Virus record (IMG/VR): IMGVR_UViG_3300009678_000041
Location: 1 to 32,705 of that record
Reading direction: 5' to 3' (one strand)
DNA: 32,705 bases
From: a virus
Taxonomy: Duplodnaviria; Caudoviricetes
In this document: in pieces, positions 10,356 to 18,168 of the stretch
Layout of the letters: the number at the start of each line of letters is the position of its first letter
Numbering within the stretch: position 1 is the first letter of the stretch
The notes under the pieces: model-generated
Databases searched by the model: none
What the model was told of the DNA's origin: nothing
The model's input: the letters and a program-made list of their open reading frames with translations, nothing else
Position numbers and translations under genes: made by a program

Positions 10356-10364
10356 GTAAAGACA
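10356..10364 (-). promoter_or_regulatory. Putative late promoter element TGTCTTTAC for the head operon
   Basis: Just upstream of the protease ATG; identical to 7384-7392. Confidence 0.5.
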
Positions 10365-10414
10365 CGCATATGTTATTTTGTAAAAAAATAACTGTCATTT
10401 TGTCACTGTTTGGT

Positions 10415-10505
10415 GGAATTCCTTCATATACCCCCAAGCTAAGCCTCTTGTTAAAGCAGTGAGTATCACAAAGCACTTTACCTGGGGAGTATATGGAGGA
10501 TTTCC
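10415..10505 (+). repeat. Long imperfect inverted repeat (possible structured RNA or DNA)
   Basis: GGAATTCCTTCATATACCCCCAAG (10415-10438) pairs with CCTGGGGAGTATATGGAGGATTTCC (10481-10505). Confidence 0.7.
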
Positions 10506-10658
10506 TCAAGATTATCACTTGAATTTCTGGTGGAATATAAGAAATAATCTCACCCTAAAACCAAATTTACACATCTGAGTCCCTTTGGTTATAGGAAGAT
10601 GTATTTTTATTAATATTTATTTGTATTTTATTATTGTGTACATGAAGGAATTTCAGAG

Positions 10659-10676
10659 TATTATCACCTGATAATA
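10659..10676. promoter_or_regulatory. Perfect dyad, putative protein-binding site
   Basis: TATTATCA-CC-TGATAATA in the divergent intergenic region. Confidence 0.4.
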
Positions 10677-10810
10677 AGGGTATATAAAACACTATATTTT
10701 TTTTGTGCTAGAGTAGAGAGATTGTATGAGGTATTTTGGGGTACTTCTAAAGCATAATCCTAGTAAAATCAAGGGTTCACAGATATTAAATTCTTCTAAA
10801 ATGCAAAAGT

Positions 10811-10876
10811 TATGGTAGTGGGACTACCACACTATAGTAGTGGGGCTACTATAGTATAGTAGTGGGACTACTATAA
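10811..10876. repeat. Three tandem 22-bp palindromic iteron-like repeats (putative origin)
   Basis: TATGGTAGTGGGACTACCACAC / TATAGTAGTGGGGCTACTATAG / TATAGTAGTGGGACTACTATAA, followed by an AT-rich tract and a Rep-like gene. Confidence 0.8.
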
Positions 10877-10948
10877 GCTCCTTAACAAAAAAAATTACAA
10901 TTCCTAATAAAAAAGTAATTATTTTTTATAAAAAAAACAATATTTTTC

Positions 10949-10979
10949 TTTGTTATATACTTTATTTACTATATCTTTG
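10949..10979 (+). promoter_or_regulatory. Bacteroidota sigma-A-type promoter for the rep-like gene
   Basis: TTTG (10949-10952), 19-nt spacer, TATCTTTG (10972-10979); matches the -33 TTTG / -7 TAnnTTTG consensus. Confidence 0.8.
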
Positions 10980-11010
10980 AATAATATTACTAACAATAAA
11001 TAATATTACC

Positions 11011-11466
11011 ATGAGAAGAATTTATACAGAAACAGAAGAAATCAAAATCACTAGAAAGAAATCTTATATTGATGTTGATGATAGTTACACACAAATGTAT
11101 GACAGTTTAGCTGACATAATTATTACCTGCAAATCCACACATGAAATTAATCTTATGTTTTATGCAGCAATCAACTCTCACAATGGATGTTTTGTGAGTA
11201 ATGAGGATTTCTTTACCAAGTTTAATACAAGATTAATAAACAAAAGTGGTGTAGGTATCACAAGAAAAACATTTACCACAGCACTTCTTAATCTTGTTAG
11301 TAATAAAATATTGGTTAAAGGAGAATCAAGAGGTCAGTATTACCTAAATCCTCTTTTAATATGGAGAGATGATTTAGCTAAAAGAACAGAGCAGATTACA
11401 GAGATTATAAAACTTCCTCCTGTACAAAAACAAAAATATTTAACTGAAAATAACACTAAAAATTAG
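11011..11466 (+). CDS. RepL-like winged-helix replication/maintenance protein
   Basis: 151 aa; helix ...TFTTALLNLVSNKIL followed by RGQYYLNPLLIWR, resembling the RepL family G.Y..NP motif; adjacent to iteron-like repeats. Confidence 0.6.
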   Translation: MRRIYTETEEIKITRKKSYIDVDDSYTQMYDSLADIIITCKSTHEINLMFYAAINSHNGCFVSNEDFFTKFNTRLINKSGVGITRKTFTTALLNLVSNKILVKGESRGQYYLNPLLIWRDDLAKRTEQITEIIKLPPVQKQKYLTENNTKN

Positions 11467-11471
11467 TAATT

Positions 11472-12125
11472 ATGGTAGCTTATAGACACAGAAGAAATGA
11501 TACCAATGAAATATTTTATATAGGTATTGGAAAAATAAAAAGCAGACCTTATTCTAAAATTAATAGAAATAAACATTGGCATAATGTAGTTAATAAAGCA
11601 GGGTATACTATAGAAGTTATTTATGAGTGTGATTCTTGGGAAGATATATGTGAATTAGAAATGTTTTTAATTCAAGAATATGGTAGGAAAGATTTAAAAT
11701 TAGGCTCTCTTGTTAATTTAACTGATGGTGGTGATGGTGTATTAGGTTTAACAGGAAATATTGGTCATACAGGACATAAACACTCTGAAGCAACTAAAGA
11801 ACTTCTTAGACAGAAGAATATAGGTAGACCTGCACCTAATAAAGGAGTTCCTATGAGTTTAGAATTAAGAGCACACTTAAGTAAAGTTAGAAAAGGTATG
11901 AAATTTCCAAATAGAAAAAGTAGAAGTCAAGAAGATATAGAACATCACAGACAAAAGATTAAAGGAGGAAATAATGTAAATGCAAAGATAGTTTTAAATA
12001 CTGAAACAGGAATATATTATGACTGTGTCAATGATGCTGCAATAGCACATGATTTAAACCATCGTACTTTAATAGTTTATTTATCAGGTCATAGGAAAAA
12101 TAAAACTTCTCTTGTATATGCATAA
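11472..12125 (+). CDS. GIY-YIG-like homing endonuclease with NUMOD3 repeats
   Basis: YRHRRNDTNEIFYIGIG..R, E..LI..YGR and LVNLTDGGDG; NUMOD3-like HSEATKELLR and MSLELRAHLS; C-terminal NUMOD1-like IVLNTETGIYY. Confidence 0.8.
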   Translation: MVAYRHRRNDTNEIFYIGIGKIKSRPYSKINRNKHWHNVVNKAGYTIEVIYECDSWEDICELEMFLIQEYGRKDLKLGSLVNLTDGGDGVLGLTGNIGHTGHKHSEATKELLRQKNIGRPAPNKGVPMSLELRAHLSKVRKGMKFPNRKSRSQEDIEHHRQKIKGGNNVNAKIVLNTETGIYYDCVNDAAIAHDLNHRTLIVYLSGHRKNKTSLVYA

Positions 12126-12152
12126 GATAACAGAGAACATATAACGTGAAAA

Positions 12153-12179
12153 ATAAAGCAGGTGTGATACCTGCTTTAT
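12153..12179. terminator. Probable bidirectional terminator between convergent operons
   Basis: 11-bp stem ATAAAGCAGGT/ACCTGCTTTAT with an A-rich left flank and T-rich right flank. Confidence 0.75.
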
Positions 12180-12182
12180 AAT

Positions 12183-12269
12183 TTACTTTTTACCCTTTTT
12201 AGGAGTATATTTTTGTTTTTTGATAGGAGCTTTTTTAAGTTCTCCTTTTTTTAATGGTTTATTTTTCAT
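12183..12269 (-). CDS. 28-aa lysine-rich micro-protein
   Basis: MKNKPLKKGELKKAPIKKQKYTPKKGKK; aaaatcATG start like the fibre gene; ends just before the terminator. Confidence 0.55.
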   Translation of the reverse strand: MKNKPLKKGELKKAPIKKQKYTPKKGKK

Positions 12270-12286
12270 GATTTTTAGTATTAAGA

Positions 12287-14317
12287 TTATATAAAAGTGC
12301 TAAGAAATATACCAATAAATGGTAATAAGGAGAGAAAAACACTCTGTTCTACTCTATTTCTATCTAATGCTTGTGCAGAAGATACTTCAGATGATACAAC
12401 TTGTGCTTTAATAACACCTGTTTGCTTACCAAATTTCCCTCCAAGTTCATTAGCTTGTGAACTACCTATAATATTAAATTGTGCAGGTGTTCCTGTGCTT
12501 GCTCCACCTGTAGAAGCATCACCACCACCTCCTTTAGTTTTCACAGCAAGGATTTTCTTCACATTAGCAAGACCTGCAGCTACAGAGATTGCAGCAGCTA
12601 CAAAACCTGCAGCAACCCCACCAGGACCTGGTATAGATTCTACCATTCCTGCATATGCAGCAGTTGCACTTCTATATGTATCAATAGTGGTTGCAGCAAT
12701 TGCAGCAGCTTTACCAGCAGCAGTATTTTCTCCTAATACTTGTGCAGCTTCATTAAGTGATGCACTTATACGAGATAACATCTTATCTCTTGCTTGTGCT
12801 GCAAGTTCTTCAATTTGAAGTCTTGTTTTAGTGTTTTCTTCTAAAGCATTTGTTCTTTCTTCTTCACTTAAATGTGTTGCCTTTTCTATTTCTTCATTTT
12901 GAATTTCCAGTGCATCAAGTCTATCTTTAAAAGTAGATTCCTCATCATTGATCATTCTCTCCAAACTCTCAATTCTACTTTGTTCATTAAGTTCAATTTT
13001 TTCTTGAGCTGTTTTTGCTACTTCTATATCAATCTGTTGTTTTTTATCAGCATACTCCTGTTCAGCATCAACTCTTGCTTGTGTTCCTTCTTTATATCTT
13101 TCTTTATCTCTTGCTAATTTTTCATCAGCTAATTGTTGTTCTCTAATGAGTCTTTTTTCAACAAGATTAAGTCTGTCAAATTCGTCTTTTTCAGCTGCTT
13201 CTGCAGCTTTCATTTTTTCTATTTCCCTTGCTGATTCTCTTGCTTCTAAAGTTTCATTTAATATACCAAGTTCTCTTAATAGTTTTATTCTGTTAGCAAT
13301 TTGTTCACTTCTCAGTGCTTCAATTCTTGCAGTAGTTTCAGCACTTTTATTTTGTGCTTCTATAAGTTTTAATTGATTCTCATGTGTATTATTAAGTGCA
13401 AGATTATTTCTTGCAGATTTTAATACAATCTCATCATTCTTATTCATTAAAGCAGCTTGCTTATCTAATGTTACTCCAAGTTTTTCATTTGCTTTTATTC
13501 TCTCAGCAATAGAAAGAGTATCATCATCTCTTATCTGTCTTAGTTTTTCTGCAAGAGCATCATATTTTTCTATAAGTCCTTGATTAATTAAAATAGCTTT
13601 CTCAGAAGACTTCTGTAATTCTACATTAGCTTTTGCAGTATCTACTGCAGCATCTATATAATCACCAAGAGCATCGACAGTATCTCCTACAGCTTGTACA
13701 GTTTTGTCAAAAGTATTACTTACTCCTGTCATTACATCAAAAACTTCTTTACCTGCTTTCTTAGTTTCTTCAAGTGCTCCTTTAAAGTCACCTTTAAATA
13801 CTTTGATGATAGCTGCTGATAAGAATCCAAGAGTATCTATGAATGATGTTATTCTTTCAATTAAGTTTGCTTTTATAGCATTACCAAAATCAATAAGAGC
13901 TTGTTTAGGGTCTGAGAATATCTTCTTGAAATATCCTATTATTTTACCTGCACTAGTTTCTATAAATTTAAATAAGTCATTGAAAGCAATCTTCAATACT
14001 GTCATTGCTACATTAAGACCATCAACTACTTTCTGATTTGATAAGAATAAATCTTTAAGTATACCCAATGCACTAATAATAAGACCAATACCTAATGCTT
14101 TCATAGCAAGACCTACACCTGTAAATCCTTTTGCTAATCCAGTAAGACCTCCTTGTGCATTTTTTGCACTATCATTTAGTTTATTTGTAGACTGTGTAAC
14201 TTTGGTTGTAGCAGTATCAACTTTATTTAAAGAATCTTCTGTTTTATCCAAATTAGATATAGCCTTATCAGAATCAACAAATATCTGTATAAACCTTTTT
14301 ATAATGTTATCTGCCAT
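12287..14317 (-). CDS. Tape measure protein
   Basis: 676 aa, helical, with Ala/Gly hydrophobic segments (LAMKALGIGLII, KAAAIAATTIDTY), long charged coiled coils and a QFNIIG...KAQVVS..AQALDRN tail motif. Confidence 0.85.
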   Translation of the reverse strand: MADNIIKRFIQIFVDSDKAISNLDKTEDSLNKVDTATTKVTQSTNKLNDSAKNAQGGLTGLAKGFTGVGLAMKALGIGLIISALGILKDLFLSNQKVVDGLNVAMTVLKIAFNDLFKFIETSAGKIIGYFKKIFSDPKQALIDFGNAIKANLIERITSFIDTLGFLSAAIIKVFKGDFKGALEETKKAGKEVFDVMTGVSNTFDKTVQAVGDTVDALGDYIDAAVDTAKANVELQKSSEKAILINQGLIEKYDALAEKLRQIRDDDTLSIAERIKANEKLGVTLDKQAALMNKNDEIVLKSARNNLALNNTHENQLKLIEAQNKSAETTARIEALRSEQIANRIKLLRELGILNETLEARESAREIEKMKAAEAAEKDEFDRLNLVEKRLIREQQLADEKLARDKERYKEGTQARVDAEQEYADKKQQIDIEVAKTAQEKIELNEQSRIESLERMINDEESTFKDRLDALEIQNEEIEKATHLSEEERTNALEENTKTRLQIEELAAQARDKMLSRISASLNEAAQVLGENTAAGKAAAIAATTIDTYRSATAAYAGMVESIPGPGGVAAGFVAAAISVAAGLANVKKILAVKTKGGGGDASTGGASTGTPAQFNIIGSSQANELGGKFGKQTGVIKAQVVSSEVSSAQALDRNRVEQSVFLSLLPFIGIFLSTFI

Positions 14318-14453
14318 GATTTCTATGCATTAGTTTTTTAAACATTCTTTTCATCTTTACAGAAGGTAATTCATATTTACCTTTTGCAATTTGTATTGCT
14401 TCATTAGCTTGGTCATATTTAACCATACCTAATAATTCTATTAAATCTCTCAT
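14307..14453 (-). CDS. 48-aa small protein upstream of the tape measure gene
   Basis: MRDLIELLGMVKYDQANEAIQIAKGKYELPSVKMKRMFKKLMHRNHGR; ATGA overlap with the upstream stop and an 11-nt overlap with the TMP start. Confidence 0.7.
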   Translation of the reverse strand: MRDLIELLGMVKYDQANEAIQIAKGKYELPSVKMKRMFKKLMHRNHGR

Positions 14454-17400
14454 GGTGCTAAATTTATTAATCCTAACTGTGTAACATTCACTGTAGAAAC
14501 AGAACCATCATCAAAAGTAAATTTCAATACCATGCTTCTACCTGCAAATACAGCAGGTGGTGGTTGTGTTGATTTATTATGCACAAGGAATGTACATTCT
14601 TCAAGTCCTTCACCAGAATCATTGCTAATTGTTATCCAATCTACACCAGAACCACTATCAACTTTTTCAACTTTCCAATCTATCTTCTGTTGTATAGCTA
14701 CACCATAATACATTTGTCCAGGTGTTGCTTGAATATTACTTCTGTTTAATATAGGAACATCATCACTAAAAACAGGTGTTACCAGATTTTCTTCTAATAA
14801 AATATCATAAAATTGCTTCCCTATATTATAAACAAATATAGCTCCTAATGGAGAGGTATACAATATCTCACCTCTTGCAGTTATAACTGCTGCTGAAGCA
14901 TCTGCTACATCATATGTAGTAAACCCTGTTTCTCCTCCTCCTTGTATTAATAATTTATCTCCTAATACTCTTTTACCAAAATTTATTGGTCCATTAGGTC
15001 CACCTAAAGGAATTGTTACAGGAATAAGTTCACTAGTAAATGCATCAATAACAGCAATATTATTTATAGGTATTCCATTATAATTTATAATACTACCAAA
15101 TAACCAAAATCTATTATCATCTATGTCTTCAGTTACTTTTTCTAAATATATTCCTCCTGTAGCATCCACTCCTGTACCAAACTCATTATGTAAACCACCT
15201 GCTCCAATAGTCATTACTATATTATTCACAGGATAAGGAGTAATATCATCAAAGTATGTAGTAAAAAATCCTACTATTACAAGATAATCTATACTATCTT
15301 GTTTTATTTTTATAATACTTGAAACAACACCATCAACACCTGAAGTAAAACTAGTTGGATCTACTAGTGTACCATCATAGTTAAGCATTGCTAAAGCACT
15401 TTTAGGAACACCATTAAATTCAGAAAATCCACCTCCTATAACTATTCCAGTAGTATAGTCAACTATTGATGTTATATTATTATCAGCTCCAGTACCTATA
15501 TTAGTTACAAAATCTATATCAATTTCTCCTGTATGATAGTTTACTTTAACTATATTATTTACAGGAACACCATTATAACTATCAAAGAATCCTACAATAT
15601 ATAAATCATCATTAATCCTTAGCATTTTATTTGTTAATACAGAAGTACCTTCTAATCCAGTACCTACATTAAATGTATTATCAATGTTACCAAATTTATC
15701 TAATTTTACTAAATGATTATGACTTTCTCCATTTACTGTTGTGAAATTACCATATAATATAACTTTATCACCATCTTCTATATAATCTGAAAACTCTAAT
15801 GGTTCAAAAGCTTGTGTTCCTGCACCTATTTCAGGTGTTCCAAAACCTACAGTTTTAAATATAAATCCTGAAGCTTCTTCAGTTGCTTTAAAAGCTCTGA
15901 ACAAATTAAACATTGTATCTCCTGTATTAAGATTAACTTTCATATCATCAATCTTATACTTCTGGTCTTTAATAATAATAGTATCAGCTAAGTCTAAACT
16001 TGTTATAGTCTTAGGATGTAAGCCAACTGCTTTATATGCAAACTTTCTTTGTCTGTAATCATATATTTCTTCTATCCAGTTCTTCCACTTAGTCCAGAAC
16101 AATCCATTCTGTACAGGTTCAAGAAGCCAGGGGTCTAATATAACACTCTGATGGTCAGGAAACAGTGTTATATCTACTGCAGGGTCAAAATTAATACTTT
16201 GAGTAGCCTGCTCAATAATAGAATCATTAGAAGGACTAAAAGTACTTACATAAACAAGATTAATTGGTGTTGGATATCCAGGAAAAACTGTTTTAGGTAC
16301 TGCATTAGTAATACTTTGTATTCCTATGTTGTAGAATAACATGGTTTTACCAGCATTCTTTGTGAAAGTAACCCCAGCATCATCTGTTTGAATTGCTTCT
16401 CCAATCATAAAATTAGTAAGTTGTTCATCATCACCTTCTAATGTAATCAATCTTTCAAATAACATGTTCTCCCAACTGATAGGTACCTCAAGTTTATTCT
16501 TAGAATTTACCTTTTTCTCATCAAATTGAATCTTCAAATCACCATAACCAGTACCATCAGGATTATTATCCTTAAAGAATTTACCTGTCACATTGTCAGT
16601 ATCCTCATATTTGAAACTTATCTCTTTAAAAACCTCAGGTTTTCTTATATTAACTTCCTTAAAATCAATGTTCTCAGTTAAATCTTTCTCTTCACCATGT
16701 AAGTAATAACTATTAAGAGTTGTCACTAAAAATCTTCCATTCTTTTCCTCAGGAATATTGGTGTTCAGTGCTTGTGGTCTTATGACAAGTTTAAACATCT
16801 TCATGATGTTTTGTATGAACTCAGTCACTGTCATTTCAGGAATGTTCTCTTCTATAATAATACTGTTGGAAGAATTTATAAGATTGTCAACACTGGTTTT
16901 ATGGCTTTCAATATTTTGATCCATTACACCATCAATTATTTCTTCAAATATTGCTTTAGCATCTATGTCTATATCAAAAGGAATTTCCTGTGATGATTTT
17001 ATTTCCAGTTTAAATTTTCTGGTTCTAAGATTATTAGGACTATCTATTCTACGACCAAAAGAATTAGCAGTTACTTTTTGCACACCTCCTTTAGGGAAAT
17101 TTTTAAGTGCAGTTATTACTTGATTAGTATCAGCATCAACCACCCTTACACTATAAGGTCTTCCAATAAAATCAAGGTCTGGTGTAAGAGTATATGTTAT
17201 CTTAGCATATCCTCTTTGTGTTATAACTCTTTCTGTTAAGAATTCACTATAAGTATAATTGTAATCTCTGTAAGTTATTGCAATATCTCCTGCAGGAGTT
17301 AATACAATTCTATCATCAGCTCCTGAAACTAACACCAATGGTTCAATCATAACCATGTGTGTAAACTCAGTGAGAGTGAACTCTTCTGATTTATTCAACC

Positions 17401-18166
17401 ACATGAATAAGTTCATGAATTCAGCTCTACCAAAGAAATCTCTGGAGAATTTGATTTTATATTTCTGCTCAATAGCTTCTATAATATGTATAATTCTAAA
17501 TGCAGGTCTTGTTGCTGTGAAATCAAAAGGAGTAGTTTGTATATTTATAAAAGCATCAGTGCTTACTGGTGTTCCATGTAATTGCCACTTCTTATCTGAC
17601 ATATTTATCATAGGAGTAAGTGTGGCACCACTATTAAAACTCTGGTCATTTATAGATTTAATATAATTTAATGCTGTGTTGAAATAATTATATCTTGATA
17701 AACCATCATACATCTTAACACCTGCTTTATCTTTATCTAACTGTCCTAATAAATCTTCTCCAAAGAGGTCAGACACTTGAGTGATGGCACTAAATATTCC
17801 TATAGAGTAGCTGTCAATTCTTCCTTCTCTAATCTTCACACCCTCAAGTTGGATTGCTGCAAATCTGTAGGGAATTGTATCTATCTCTATGTAGCACTCA
17901 ACTTTTATATTAGGGTTATAGGAGTATTCCTCTGCTACATCAATTGTATAATAAAATCTGAATATCTCATCATTATTGGGTGTAGCAGGAACAGTGAAGC
18001 TATTGGAGAAATCTGAGAATACTTTATCTAACTTAGATATGTCAGCAACCTTGGAAATAAATTCCATGTTCTCATCCTTATATAAATCAAGTTTCTTGAA
18101 TCCAGGTCTTCCAACTGAAAGAACTTCTGTACCATCTGTAGGGTATCTTAAATATATATCTGTCAT
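14450..18166 (-). CDS. Large tail tip protein with C-terminal delta-60-like beta-propeller repeats and a BACON-like domain
   Basis: N-terminal LDLYKDE..DFSNSFTVPAT..N tail motif; repeats G.F..YNG....IVKL...G.ID..F..GTG; terminal DWITISNDSGEG...R...VNVTQ. Confidence 0.75.
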   Translation of the reverse strand: MTDIYLRYPTDGTEVLSVGRPGFKKLDLYKDENMEFISKVADISKLDKVFSDFSNSFTVPATPNNDEIFRFYYTIDVAEEYSYNPNIKVECYIEIDTIPYRFAAIQLEGVKIREGRIDSYSIGIFSAITQVSDLFGEDLLGQLDKDKAGVKMYDGLSRYNYFNTALNYIKSINDQSFNSGATLTPMINMSDKKWQLHGTPVSTDAFINIQTTPFDFTATRPAFRIIHIIEAIEQKYKIKFSRDFFGRAEFMNLFMWLNKSEEFTLTEFTHMVMIEPLVLVSGADDRIVLTPAGDIAITYRDYNYTYSEFLTERVITQRGYAKITYTLTPDLDFIGRPYSVRVVDADTNQVITALKNFPKGGVQKVTANSFGRRIDSPNNLRTRKFKLEIKSSQEIPFDIDIDAKAIFEEIIDGVMDQNIESHKTSVDNLINSSNSIIIEENIPEMTVTEFIQNIMKMFKLVIRPQALNTNIPEEKNGRFLVTTLNSYYLHGEEKDLTENIDFKEVNIRKPEVFKEISFKYEDTDNVTGKFFKDNNPDGTGYGDLKIQFDEKKVNSKNKLEVPISWENMLFERLITLEGDDEQLTNFMIGEAIQTDDAGVTFTKNAGKTMLFYNIGIQSITNAVPKTVFPGYPTPINLVYVSTFSPSNDSIIEQATQSINFDPAVDITLFPDHQSVILDPWLLEPVQNGLFWTKWKNWIEEIYDYRQRKFAYKAVGLHPKTITSLDLADTIIIKDQKYKIDDMKVNLNTGDTMFNLFRAFKATEEASGFIFKTVGFGTPEIGAGTQAFEPLEFSDYIEDGDKVILYGNFTTVNGESHNHLVKLDKFGNIDNTFNVGTGLEGTSVLTNKMLRINDDLYIVGFFDSYNGVPVNNIVKVNYHTGEIDIDFVTNIGTGADNNITSIVDYTTGIVIGGGFSEFNGVPKSALAMLNYDGTLVDPTSFTSGVDGVVSSIIKIKQDSIDYLVIVGFFTTYFDDITPYPVNNIVMTIGAGGLHNEFGTGVDATGGIYLEKVTEDIDDNRFWLFGSIINYNGIPINNIAVIDAFTSELIPVTIPLGGPNGPINFGKRVLGDKLLIQGGGETGFTTYDVADASAAVITARGEILYTSPLGAIFVYNIGKQFYDILLEENLVTPVFSDDVPILNRSNIQATPGQMYYGVAIQQKIDWKVEKVDSGSGVDWITISNDSGEGLEECTFLVHNKSTQPPPAVFAGRSMVLKFTFDDGSVSTVNVTQLGLINLAP

Positions 18167-18168
18167 AA

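Noticed and set aside
10321-10518. 65-aa minus-strand ORF
   Set aside because: No ATG start, it overlaps the protease start and promoter, and the region is better explained by the inverted repeat.
10811-10876. CRISPR mini-array
   Set aside because: The repeats abut with no spacers and there are no cas genes.
12297-14036. Several plus-strand ORFs opposite the tape measure gene (and similar ones opposite capsid, portal, protease and tail genes)
   Set aside because: Antisense shadows of real genes, with Ser/Leu/Phe-rich composition and no start context.
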